A DNA stretch of 36,671 nt from Octopus bimaculoides (taxonomy: Eukaryota). Below, one piece after another: positions 23,964 through 35,465 of the stretch. The position numbers and the translations under genes are program-made. The stretch covers positions 64,324,945 to 64,361,615 of the forward strand of contig NC_068991.1 in assembly GCF_001194135.2 (NCBI RefSeq). Direction: 5' to 3'. Every line of letters starts with the position of its first letter. Position 1 is the stretch's first letter. A model generated the notes under the pieces. It saw only the letters and a list, made by a program, of their open reading frames with translations, was not told the origin of the DNA and did not search any database.

Positions 23964-24764
23964 TCACCATCATCATTGTCGCTCTCTCCTACCTTTTCCC
24001 TCTCTTCCCTTCCCTCTTCTTGATCAACATCATCACAATTATTATAGCATTCCGTAATCATAATAATTATCATCATCATCATCATCATCACATCATGATG
24101 GTTATTATCACCATCACCATCATCATCATCATCATCATCATCACATCATGATGGTTATTATCATCATCACCATCATCATCATCATCACATCATGATGGTT
24201 ATTATCATCATCACCATCATCATCATCAGGTTCATTACCGTCATTACCATCATCAACAATCTTGTCATATGTCCTCCCCCTCCTCCTCCTCCTCCTCATC
24301 CTCATCATCATCTTCATCATTATCACTACTACCGCCACCACCACCACCTCCTCCATTACCATCGCCACAGTGTCACGAATATTACCAACACCAGCTCATT
24401 TCCAACAGCACCACCACCAAAACCAATACGACCACCGCCATCATCATCAGCTTAATCATCATCACCATCACCATCATCATCATTATCATCGCCATTATAG
24501 TTGTAATCACCATCATTATAACAATCACTGTCACCATGGGAACCACAATCTTCATCATCTAAGTTCGTTCTCTAATCATACTCGTTACGATGATCACCTT
24601 TATCACCATCTCCATCGCCATCATCATCCTTATCTTTCATCAGCCGCAAAACTCTAATTATTTTCATCATAATTGTCAACACCTTCATCATCATCACTAT
24701 CATTACTCTCACCACTATCATCACTAACATTATCGTCATCGTCATCACGATCATCATCATCACG

Positions 24765-24801
<37 letters not shown>

Positions 24802-24804
24802 GAC

Positions 24805-24840
<36 letters not shown>

Positions 24841-25760
24841 NNNNNNNNNNNNNNNNNNNNNNNNNNNNNNNNNNNNNNNNNNNNNNNNNNNNNNNNNNNN
24901 NNNNNNNNNNNNNNNNNNNNNNNNNNNNNNNNNNNNNNNNNNNNNNNNNNNNNNNNNNNNNNNNNNNNNNNNNNNNNNNNNNNNNNNNNNNNNNNNNNNN
25001 NNNNNNNNNNNNNNNNNNNNNNNNNNNNNNNNNNNNNNNNNNNNNNNNNNNNNNNNNNNNNNNNNNNNNNNNNNNNNNNNNNNNNNNNNNNNNNNNNNNN
25101 NNNNNNNNNNNNNNNNNNNNNNNNNNNNNNNNNNNNNNNNNNNNNNNNNNNNNNNNNNNNNNNNNNNNNNNNNNNNNNNNNNNNNNNNNNNNNNNNNNNN
25201 NNNNNNNNNNNNNNNNNNNNNNNNNNNNNNNNNNNNNNNNNNNNNNNNNNNNNNNNNNNNNNNNNNNNNNNNNNNNNNNNNNNNNNNNNNNNNNNNNNNN
25301 NNNNNNNNNNNNNNNNNNNNNNNNNNNNNNNNNNNNNNNNNNNNNNNNNNNNNNNNNNNNNNNNNNNNCCTCCTCCTCTCCCCCCTCCCATTACCATCAT
25401 TATCATCATCATCATCATCATCATCATTATCATTATCATCATCATCATCAATATCGTAGTTACTTAATTTTAGTCATCGCTGCCAAGGCCATTCTGAATC
25501 ATCATCATCAACATCATTATCATTCTCATAGTCGTCATCGTCATCATCATCAACAACAACAACATCAACATCATAAAAACATTCACAATGATGCAGTATT
25601 TATCTTTTACGTCATCATAACCCTTATTACTCTACCAATATCGTCATAATCACAATGATCCCTTTTTATCGTCCTCATAATCATCAACATCGCTGCCATC
25701 CCCCAACCGTTGTCATTGGGGTTTCTGTATATCAGCATCCTCGTCTTCTTGCACAATAAA
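23790..25760. repeat. Degenerate (CAT)/(CAC)/(CCT) low-complexity region with gap 24841-25368
   Basis: Trinucleotide-derived sequence; source of spurious poly-H/S/D/M ORFs. Confidence 0.9.
24088..24228. repeat. Three-copy higher-order tandem repeat (44-53 bp unit)
   Basis: tcacatcatgatggttattatca(c/t)catcaccatcatcat... repeated at about 24088, 24141 and 24185. Confidence 0.85.
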
Positions 25761-25789
25761 TCCCGTCATGGACGCAACAACAATAGTGT

Positions 25790-26245
25790 CCATATGGCAG
25801 AATCGTTATAGCAGTTGGCTAAAATGCCATGCTATATTTATTTGCAGAATTTTTAGGTCCGAGTTCGAATCCTACAGACGCTTACATCGGTTTTTCTTTC
25901 CGCATTAAGGTATTAAGTCCTTTAGGATGATGTAAGCAAATACAGCCCTCCAAATGGAATCTGAGCTTTTGCATATGATAGCAATCACCATCAGCATCAT
26001 CACTATCATCATCATCTGCAGCAGCAGCCGCAGCAGCGTCATTAGGCGGCAAGCCGGCAGAATCGTTAGAGTTTCCGGTATTTGCTCCGACTCTTTGCAT
26101 TGAAAGTTCAAGACCCACCAAAGTCATGTTTGTCTTTAATTCCCCCCATGGATGATAAAAAAAAAATACCTGGCTTGTACTGAAGTCGAAGGTATCGACT
26201 AATCTTCGTCACTCAAAAGTTCTGGTCTTCTGCCTAAATCTCCAA
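25790..26245 (+). mobile_element. SINE A 5' fragment (25790-25880) and diverged full copy (26044-26245)
   Basis: tggcagaatcgtta...ccgagttcgaatcc; taggcggcaagccggcagaatcgttag...gataaaa...aaatacc...gtcga. Confidence 0.75.
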
Positions 26246-26284
26246 AATTTTATGATTCTTTTAACTCTGATTTTGTTGGAACAT

Positions 26285-27298
26285 CTAGAATCCTGCATCC
26301 TAGGGTACCATAGTATTTGCTTTCTTCAACTATCTAATACCTTCCTGATGATTCTGGTCATGTCAAGTTGGCAGACTTTCTGCAACGGCTCTTCTAAGCA
26401 CTCTATTCCGATTTCCTTTATATTCTCCTGATTATCTTTTGATACTGTCCTCTTGTTGTTGGCACACCGTCGCTTACGACGACGAGGCTTCCAGTTGATC
26501 CGATCAACGGAACAGCCTGCTTGTGAAATTAACGTGCAAGTGACTGAGCACTCCACAGACACGTGTACCCTCAACGTAGTTCTCGAGGATATTCAGTGTG
26601 ACAAGGCTGACCCCTTGTATTACAGGCACAACAGAAACAGGAAGTAAGAGTGAGAGAAAGTTGTGGTGAAAGACTACAGCAGGGTTCGCTACCATCCGCC
26701 GTTGCCGGAGCCTCGTGGAGCCTTAGGTGTTTTTGCTCAATAAACACTCACAACGCCCGGTCTGGGAATCGAAACTGCGATCCTATGACCGCGAGTCCAC
26801 TGCCCTAACCACTGGGCCATTGCGCCTCCACTGTCCTCAAGGCACAAATAATTGGTACTCAAGGCACTCGAGGATACTATTCTCAAGGAACAAACAATTG
26901 GTACTATCTTCACCTTTTCATCTTCCGCCGTCGGGCTGTTTCGCATTTAAGAGGATTGTATACGATTATTATTATTATTTATTTGCCTTCCTTCGTAACT
27001 ATTTGTCGGTCAAATGGGCATGGAACATCAATTATAGAGCACGTAGTTTACCTCGTCCTCCATCACTACGTCCGGCTTGTTGTGCCCAAGTACCTGGTCC
27101 GTTTCGATTAGGAAATCCCACAGGATTTTGCAAGTCTCCGAAACAGTTACTTTCTCTAGTTTGTGTTCGTACCACACCTTGATTCTCTCTAGCCTCCTCC
27201 TTTCACAGTTTTCAATGTTGCACTTTTGATACCGGATCCTGTCGCAACAACTTACATTGGTTTGGGGCAAGTCGAGGGCATTCATATATACAAGATGG
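26285..27298 (-). mobile_element. R4/Dong-like element, zinc-knuckle end plus RLE domain and 3' UTR, interrupted by SINE B
   Basis: Across frameshifts: ECPRLAPNQCK..RQD.V..VQH*KL; WYEHKLEKVTVSETCKILWDFLIETDQVLGHNKPDVV; IIDVPCPFDRQIVTKE; YNPLKCE; VPIICALRTVSK...IGIEC.EEPLQKVCQLDMTRIIRKVLDS* (stop at 26326-26328). Confidence 0.88.
26453..26829 (-). mobile_element. SINE family B nested in the R4-like ORF, with 9-bp TSD
   Basis: Direct repeat actgtcctc at 26444-26452 and 26830-26838; removing SINE plus one repeat restores CALRTVSK in frame. Confidence 0.95.
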
Positions 27299-27305
27299 AT
27301 TATTA

Positions 27306-27368
<63 letters not shown>

Positions 27369-27369
<1 letters not shown>

Positions 27370-27490
27370 GACTTTACCTTTCATCCTTTCGGGATCGATT
27401 AAATAACTACCAGCTACGGACTGGGATTGATGAAATCGATTAGCCCACTCCCTCCAAGTTTCAGGCCTTTTGTGTATAATAGAAAGAATT
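27369..27490 (+). mobile_element. SINE A 3' half following (ATT)n at 27299-27368
   Basis: gactttacctttcatcctttcgggatcgattaaataactaccag...tttcaggcctttt...agaaagaattatc. Confidence 0.85.
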
Positions 27491-27604
27491 ATCATAATTA
27501 TTATTGTTATTGTTATTATAATTACATTCATATCACCAGCAACGTCTATGATTATTCCTGTTGCAATTATTATCATTAATATTATCATTCATATTATCAC
27601 GTAG

Positions 27605-28060
27605 TGTTACCTCCAGTTATGTCAATATCTTATTAAGAATCTCTGTTAATACTCCAAGCTGTTATGAAACATTTAAACTAGAAGTGCAGGGTCTTACTAT
27701 GTCTTGCTATTTTCCATTTGTTTATTTGCAGTGAATCTGGTGATATTTACTATTGATATGATCTACAAAGATCGACCGGATTCTGGGTTTGTTTGCTTGA
27801 ACAGTCTTCTCCGTAGATATTCCATTACCGACCATACTTCACTCCAGAATTGTTTCTCTTGGTCTTCGCGAGCCATTGGTTTTCTTCAAACTTCTTGATA
27901 AATAGTTTTTTGGCTTGGAGTCAAACTGTTTGTTTTGTTCATTGAATCGTTATCGCTTTTCATCCGACGGGTTCATTGTGATTTAGTGGGGTTCCCTTGT
28001 TTTCGGGTCTCTTTGATTTTGGGTACATCTTTAGTCATATTTCTATATTTATCAGTAATA
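27605..28060 (-). mobile_element. R4/Dong-like pre-RT region remnant
   Basis: Across frameshifts: KY...KDVPKIKETRKQ...KSQ, RFNEQNKQF, IYQEV, QFWSEVWS, NKWK......HF*FKCF, LTEILNKIL; matches the region just N-terminal of R4-clade RT. Confidence 0.65.
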
Positions 28061-28215
28061 GAATATCATCATCATCATTATCATCATCATCATCAACTTC
28101 ATCGTTGCTGTAGTTCTTATTGTGTAGTCCTCAACGTCTTGGACACTCGTGGTCAGTAAATGAAATCACCACCACCATCATCATCATCATCATTATTATC
28201 ATTACTATCATCATC

Positions 28216-28260
<45 letters not shown>

Positions 28261-28316
28261 AACATCATCAGCTTTCCGAGTAGATATTTCAAAAGGAGGA
28301 CGCAATATTGAATTTA

Positions 28317-28388
28317 GAAGAAGAAGAAGAAGAAGAAGAAGAAGAAGAAGAAGAAGAAGAAGAAGAAGAAGAAGAAGAAGAAGAAGAA
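28317..28388. repeat. Perfect (GAA)n tract
   Basis: Uninterrupted GAA repeats; a further GGA/GAA-rich tract lies at about 28870-29020. Confidence 0.95.
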
Positions 28389-29494
28389 TGACAAGCAACA
28401 AGATTAAAAGGGTAAAATAAAAAAAAATAACAATAATAAAAATAATAATAAAAACAACAACAAAGCTTAGTAAACGAGACAAACAACCGAATCAGGACAA
28501 TCAGACAGTATAAACTGCCAAGTTTGCTAACTTCTGTTTAGTTTCGATTCCCAATGCAGGGTCATTTATTGAAGAAAGAATCGAAATGCGAAGAGTAAAA
28601 AGCAGCTTGGCGTTTTAATGGCCAGTCATAAAAGACATAATCAAGCCGCTTAATGGAAGACAAAATAGAGTAAATAATTGTCTAGCTCACGTGTAGGATT
28701 TACTGAAGAAATGTCTGTCTTTGTGTTATCAAGTTAAACGGCTCTCTTTATGTTTTTTTTTATCCGATAATCAATGGACGTTTAACATTGAAAGTTGATT
28801 TAGAGAAAAATAGGTAGCATATAAGCTGGTTGAATGCAGACGAGAAGAGAATGACGTAGAGGAGTTGAATGAGCTGGAGGAGGAAGGAGGGAGAAGGAGA
28901 AGGAGAAGAAGAAGAAGAAGAAGAAGAACAAGAACAAGAACAAGAAGTGGAGGAGGAGGAGGAGAGGAGGAGGAGGAAGAGGAGGGGGAGAAGAAAAAAG
29001 AGAAGAAGAGGGGAGGACGAAGTAATAGACATAATGGAAGAATAAATGAGTTGAAATCGATTCGAAGTCAATAATTGTGCGTGCGTGTGTGTGTGCGTGT
29101 GTGTGTGNNNNNNNNNNNNNNNNNNNNNNNNNNNNNNNNNNNNNNNNNNNNNNNNNNNNNNNNNNNNNNNNNNNNNNNNNNNNNNNNNNNNNNNNNNNNN
29201 NNNNNNNNNNNNNNNNNNNNNNNNNNNNNNNNNNNNNNNNNNNNNNNNNNNNNNNNNNNNNNNNNNNNNNNNNNNNNNNNNNNNNNNNNNNNNNNNNNNN
29301 NNNNNNNNNNNNNNNNNNNNNNNNNNNNNNNNNNNNNNNNNNNNNNNNNNNNNNNNNNNNNNNNNNNNNNNNNNNNNNNNNNNNNNNNNNNNNNNNNNNT
29401 TATGTTTATCAAAAACAGATTTATAATAATAGATAATAACTTTATTTATCTAAAAATGCTATAAGGATAAAAATAAACCTTCTTTTGTATAACG

Positions 29495-30427
29495 TTATTC
29501 AATGAAGCCACTTTTAGTTTCAACACCTGTTTCTATATGAGATCTAAATCATCTACATGCTCGAATCAAGTGGTCCTGGTTCATTTTGGACATTACTCTG
29601 ACTATGGTAGCTTTCAAAGGATCTTTGGTGTTATGGGCGTGTTCATTGACCTCTCTCTCAACAATGCTCCACATGTAATAGTCCAATGGATTGAGATCTG
29701 GGGAATTAGGAGGCCAAATGTTGGGGTTTATGTGATAATGAAAATTTTCAGCCATCCATTCCTGTGTTACTAGAGCCATGTGTGATAGTGCAGAATCTTA
29801 CTGAAACACATATGGCCTTCCATTGCATACACAGTCTATCCATGAATTAACACTTATTTCCAGGACCTCAATGTAGGCGGCAGACTTAACTCTAAGGTCG
29901 TGTAGAAAGAAGTAAAGAGGCATCACATGTCCTTCATTGTTGACTGCCCCTAAAACAGTTGCAGGAAATTTTGCATGCATAACACTTGGAACTTCAGAAG
30001 GGTCTGCACATAACTATCTGTCGTTTCTTCTGTTAACTTTTTGATCTTATTCGAAGTTTTTCTCGTTTTAGAAAAACCAAATCAAATCTTCTGCTGGATT
30101 TTTCAGTTTGTTTGAGAATCTTTTAGATCTGATGTGATTTTCTTTTGTCTTTCTGAAAAATTGACCTTTCCCCATCATATAAGATTTATATCTGATGTCT
30201 TCGTGGACAACATTTCTGACTGTTCCTTCTGACACATGCAGATCTTTTGCAATTGACCTCATGGGTGATACGTTTCCATCTTCAGTCTCTAGCTCCTTGC
30301 AAACTTTGTAGATAAAAGATCTGGCAACTTTTAAAAATCGAAATATTTCTAAATCGCTTTGCTCAGCCTCTATAACCATAATAACAGAATGCCTATTCAT
30401 TTCTTGAGTAAGCTGAGGGTCTGCCAT
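29495..30427 (-). pseudogene. Dead Tc1/mariner transposase, DD37D (maT/Bmmar1-like)
   Basis: One reading frame of 311 codons with 5 internal stops: HTH-like MRSIAKDLHVSEGTVRNVVHEDI, FF*NEKNF (first D lost), FQ*DSALSH, WPPNSPDLNPLDY; 37 residues between the 2nd and 3rd D; TIRs not visible. Confidence 0.92.
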
Positions 30428-30540
30428 TATTATTTTGTGAAACAAAGATTATACAGAGTTAGCAAAACATACAGTAATGACCCAAAATGATATATACATG
30501 GAACTTGTCTCTTTCTCAAATTAATACTTTAATATATATA

Positions 30541-30700
30541 TATACGACAGGCTTCTGTCAGTTTCCGTCTACCAGATCCACTCATAAGGCTTTGGTCAGC
30601 CCGAGGTTATAGTAGAAGACACTTGCCCAAGGTGCCACGCAGTGGGATTGAACCCGGGACTATGTGATTGGTAAGCAAGCTGCTTACCACACAACCACTA
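30541..30700 (-). mobile_element. SINE family C, 5' half
   Basis: acgacaggcttctgtcagtttccgtctacc...cttgcccaaggtgccacgcagtgggattgaacccggg...cttaccacacaaccac. Confidence 0.88.
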
Positions 30701-30861
30701 TACATATACAGGGAGAGAGAGAGGGGGACAGACGGACAAGGGAAAGAGAGACGGACGGGGAAAAGAGAGACGGACGTGGGAAAGACAGACAGACTGGCGG
30801 GGAGGAGAGCTTGATAGATATAGATGGATAGATGCATGTAGGCATATATTATTTAATACAA

Positions 30862-30924
<63 letters not shown>

Positions 30925-31467
30925 CAAACATATATTAATATATACATGATTTTATATGTTGTGTCTCTGTGTGTAGGTGTCTTAGGTGGGTGTGAGTGTA
31001 TGTGTGTGTGTGTTTGCGTGTATGTTTATAAATTAATAGAAACACAAGATGTATGTATGGTAAAGTTATAAGCATGTGCCGCCTCAATCATTTGTCGCCT
31101 CATTGTGAAAACTATATACTGTAGTTCAACAATATTTTCCTTAACGTATTCTGGACTACAAAGTCGATTTATCTGATTGGCTGAGAGATGCACATCCGGT
31201 CTTCAAAGATGACCTACAGATTTTTCCTGACCACGTTGAAAATAGTAACATATAGGTATCTAAATTCGTTTGTCCTAATTTAAAAAAACAAAACAGTCCA
31301 AGTGTTGTCTACGTAAGTCAATAAATGTATGATACGTTGGTGGAATAAATTAATAAACGCAGATATTGGGCTTGATTGTGTAAACGACATACGCTAAAGG
31401 CAAATGAAAGAGAAATATGGAATTTAAAAAGAGTAAGTTCCTTAGTAGGTCACATATGTCTATTTAA

Positions 31468-31857
31468 TTGTTGTTGTTGGCACTCCGTCGCTTACAACGA
31501 CGAGGCTTCCAGTTGATCCGATCAACGGAACAGCCTGCTCGTCAAATTAACGTGCAAGTGGCTGAGCACTCCACAGACACATGTACCCTTAACGTAGTTC
31601 TTGGGGATATTCAGCGTGACACAGAATGTGACAAGGCTGACCCTTTGAAATACAGTTACAACAGAAACAGGAAGAAAGAGTGAGAGAAAGTTGTGGTGAA
31701 AGAGTACAGCAGGTTTCGCCACCATACCCTGCCAGAGCCTCGTGGAGCTTTAGGTGTTTTCACTCAATAAACACTCACAACGCCCGGTCTGGGAATCGAA
31801 ACCGCGATCCTATGACCGCGAGTCCGCTGCCCTAACCACTGGGCCATTGCGCCTCCA
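31468..31857 (-). mobile_element. SINE family B, full length
   Basis: Complete head to (CAA)n tail; highly similar to the copy at 26453. Confidence 0.95.
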
Positions 31858-31954
31858 CTATTTCTATTATACAGTGTATAATAAAAATCTTAATGTACTT
31901 AATGTATATTATGGAGTAGCTAAAATACATCTGTGTCTGTATATATTATCTTTT

Positions 31955-32315
31955 ACTTCACGTGACCATGCTGGGGCACCGCCTTGAAGAATTTTTAGTC
32001 GAATGAATCGACCTCCGCATTGATATTTTATGAGCCTGGTACTTATTATATCGATAGTTTCTGCTGAACCGTTACACTGTAGGGACGTAAACGCACCAAC
32101 ATCGGTTATCAAGCGGTAGGGTGACAAATACAGACACAAAAATACACACATACATATTCGCGACGGGATTCCTTCAGTTTCAGTCTACCAAATCCACTCA
32201 CACGGCATTCGTTGCCCCGAAGCTATATTAGAAGACACCTGTTCAAAGCGCCACACGGTGCGGCTGAACCCAGAACCGTGTTGTTGGGAAGCAAGCTTCT
32301 TACCACAAGCCACGT
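31955..32315 (-). mobile_element. SINE family C, diverged full length
   Basis: ttttacttcacgtgaccatgctggggcaccgcc...ggacgtaaacgcaccaacatcggttatcaagcgg...gctgaacccagaacc...cttaccacaagccac. Confidence 0.85.
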
Positions 32316-32767
32316 CTGCGCTTATAATGTGTGTGTGTAGGTGTAATTGTGTGTACGCACGCGTGCGTGTTGTCTAGTATATACATATGCAATATATATG
32401 TGTGTTTTTCATTCAATAATATTTTCACTGCATTCAAAACGTGTCGAAAACCGAATGAATACGAAATGAAAAGGTCAAATTAGGTCGCATGTTGCAAACA
32501 AGAAAATGTGTCTTCGGGAGTCGATATAATCTTCGATTTTCTTTAATGTGAAACGGTGCTATTAAGTTCTTAATGATATAATTACACATACATCCGCACT
32601 AGATACTTTACATCATTTTAAAACGTTCCTTCACTTAGCGAGTTCATATTTCACCGAGGTCGACATTGAATATGATTACTGAATATACTCGATCTCATTC
32701 AAGAAACTAACAACTCTTCCTTCAAATTAGTAACCTTGATTCTCAATTAGACACTGCACAGAAATCT

Positions 32768-32815
<48 letters not shown>

Positions 32816-33620
32816 AAACACACACACACACACANNNNNNNNNNNNNNNNNNNNNNNNNNNNNNNNNNNNNNNNNNNNNNNNNNNNNNNNNNNNNNNNNN
32901 NNNNNNNNNNNNNNNNNNNNNNNNNNNNNNNNNNNNNNNNNNNNNNNNNNNNNNNNNNNNNNNNNNNNNNNNNNNNNNNNNNNNNNNNNNNNNNNNNNNN
33001 NNNNNNNNNNNNNNNNNNNNNNNNNNNNNNNNNNNNNNNNNNNNNNNNNNNNNNNNNNNNNNNNNNNNNNNNNNNNNNNNNNNNNNNNNNNNNNNNNNNN
33101 NNNNNNNNNNNNNNNNNNNNNNNNNNNNNNNNNNNNNNNNNNNNNNNNNNNNNNNNNNNNNNNNNNNNNNNNNNNNNNNNNNNNNNNNNNNNNNNNNNNN
33201 NNNNNNNNNNNNNNNNNNNNNNNNNNNNNNNNNNNNNNNNNNNNNNNNNNNNNNNNNNNNNNNNNNNNNNNNNNNNNNNNNNNNNNNNNNNNNNNNNNNN
33301 NNNNNNNNNNNNNNNNNNNNNNNNNNNNNNNNNNNNNNNNNNNNNNNNNNNNNNNNNNNNNNNNNNNNNNNNNNNNNNNNNNNNNNNNNNNNNNNNNNNN
33401 NNNNNNNNNNNNNNNNNNNNNNNNNNNNNNNNNNNNNNNNNNNNNNNNNNNNNNNNNNNNNNNNNNNNNNNNNNNNNNNNNNNNNNNNNNNNNNNNNNNN
33501 NNNNNNNNNNNNNNNNNNNNNNNNNNNNNNNNNNNNNNNNNNNNNNNNNNNNNNNNNNNNNNNNNNNNNNNNNNNNNNNNNNNNNNNNNNNNNNNNNNNN
33601 NNNNNNNNNNNNNNNNNNNN

Positions 33621-33658
<38 letters not shown>

Positions 33659-34161
33659 TGTATGTATGTGTATGTGTAGACATGTTTACGTACATAGTAC
33701 ATATATTCGCATATTCACATATACATATATGTACACATACACACGTGTACTCACGCTACGATCATGACAGAAGGATTTCGCGTTCAAATCCCACTGGAAC
33801 TGTAAGTAATGTACATTTTTGCCTAATGTAAAAGAAATATGTATTTCACAAAAGTATACGCGCTTTAATATACTTTCTGCTGTTGAAAAAAAATCAATGT
33901 TTTGGCTATTCGAAAGAGGTCATTCCGCATGCACTTTTGTTTACCTCTGCTCGTTAGCGTGTGTGCATGTCAATTGTTGCACTACAGTTACGTGTTCAAC
34001 GTGAATATCTTTTCTAATGTCACGGTATCTTTGACACTCGCAAAAGCACGAATATCGAATATTTCTTAGATGTTCTTTGTAAACCTCAAAGTACTTTGTT
34101 TACGTAAGAAATTACGTGTCTTGTTGCAAGGAAGCAGTAAAAGAAAACTATTATTTGTAAT

Positions 34162-34197
<36 letters not shown>

Positions 34198-34221
34198 CCT
34201 AATAATGATAATAATAATAAT

Positions 34222-34255
<34 letters not shown>

Positions 34256-34257
34256 GC

Positions 34258-34820
34258 AATAAATGCCCTGATGCAGTAACAGACAGTGGCTCTCATGGCT
34301 TCTGATCTAAATTGATTGGAAGTGTTATCTTGTACATTGTTTTGTCTTGGTATAAAAAGATGGGCTACAGCAAATATTCAGCTCACTACCACAGATTTGC
34401 CTGTCAATTGTTTGACCTTATCCAGTTGAGCATGTCCTTTTTGTGGCTGACGATATGTGCATCTCTGATCACGAGCAGAAGTAGTGGGGGACCATCATAG
34501 CCATGTGTTGAGAGGAATACTTTGAAGTTTGAATAATTCATCTCAAGAAACATGAATGTTTCGTTCAATATCCTTAAACAATCTTTATTCAATGACCATT
34601 TGAGTGAGATGGGTTACTCAATCTGAAGAAAATTCTAACTAGGCCCTACCTAGAAGGTCATGCGCTGTTTATCTTAATATATGATCACGATGTCGCACAC
34701 ATAATGTTGTGATGCATGTGCCTGGTATACCCTTATCAGACGGGTAGTCATGATGGGTATATCTGGCTTCCTATATTTTACCCCAGTGTCACTATGATGG
34801 CATGCACTGCTTTCTCACTC
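34258..34820. mobile_element. Unclassified element of about 560 bp embedded between (AAT)/(AAC) repeats
   Basis: Higher-complexity block with sharp borders at microsatellites, ends ctcactc-aataataat; single copy in this window. Confidence 0.45.
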
Positions 34821-34831
34821 AATAATAATAC

Positions 34832-35205
34832 TTACAAGGCCTAAAATTTTTGAGGAAGGGGACCAGTCGATTAGATCGACTTGTACTTAATTTATCGACA
34901 CCGAAAGAATGAAAGGCAAAATCGACCTCGGCAGAATTTGAAAACAGGACGTAGCGACAAGAAAAATACCTCTAAGTATATTGCCCGGCGTGCTAACAAT
35001 TCTGCCACCTCCACGCCTTAATAAAAATGATGGTAATGATAATTTTGGGACAATTCCAGCAATTTCGGTGGTACTTATTCTATCGACACCGAAAAGATGA
35101 AAGGCAAAGTCAGCTTAGGTGGAATTTGATCTCTGAACTTAAAACTAACAATATACCGCTAAGTATTTTACTCGGCGTGCTAACGATTCTGCCGATCGCT
35201 GCTTT
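34832..35205 (-). mobile_element. Two head-to-tail SINE A copies (34832-35020, 35052-35205)
   Basis: tatcgacaccgaaa.gatgaaaggcaaa.tc..c.t.gg..gaatttga...cggcgtgctaac.attctgcc repeated twice. Confidence 0.88.
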
Positions 35206-35209
35206 AGTA

Positions 35210-35465
35210 AAATTAAATTGTAAAGATTGTGCTTATAATAGTTGATGCATTGGGAACTGCAAGCAAAAATATAGACAACAAACGATTGGAGATTGTCCTG
35301 GAGAACTTCTACAGAAAGTTTACCTCTTGGGAACAGGAAAGCTTTTCAGGAGGGTTCTAGGCACTTGAATGACTATTGAAAGCTAATGTATAACCTAAGG
35401 TTACAGGTAGTAACCCGCTACCCACATAAATCCTACGACATATAACACTGAACCTGAGCTAAATC
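35210..35465 (+). mobile_element. 5'-truncated R4/Dong-like RLE C-terminus and 3' UTR ending in (AAT)n
   Basis: VKIVLIIVDALGTASKN / DCPGELLQKVYLLGTGKLFRRVLGT* (stop 35366-35368); (AAT)n at 35466-35508. Confidence 0.78.

Noticed and set aside
23792-25467. His-, Ser-, Asp- and Met-rich ORFs
   Set aside because: Degenerate (CAT)n sequence gives homopolymeric peptides in all frames; no splice signals or domain
31158-31255. ILDYKVDLSDWLRDAHPVFKDDLQIFPDHVENSNI and a CCAAT-like motif on the opposite strand
   Set aside because: Short, weak splice sites; an isolated CCAAT is not evidence of a promoter
34730-34760. CTGATAAG on the minus strand as a hammerhead ribozyme core
   Set aside because: The core deviates from CUGANGA and no properly placed GAAA/stem III was found
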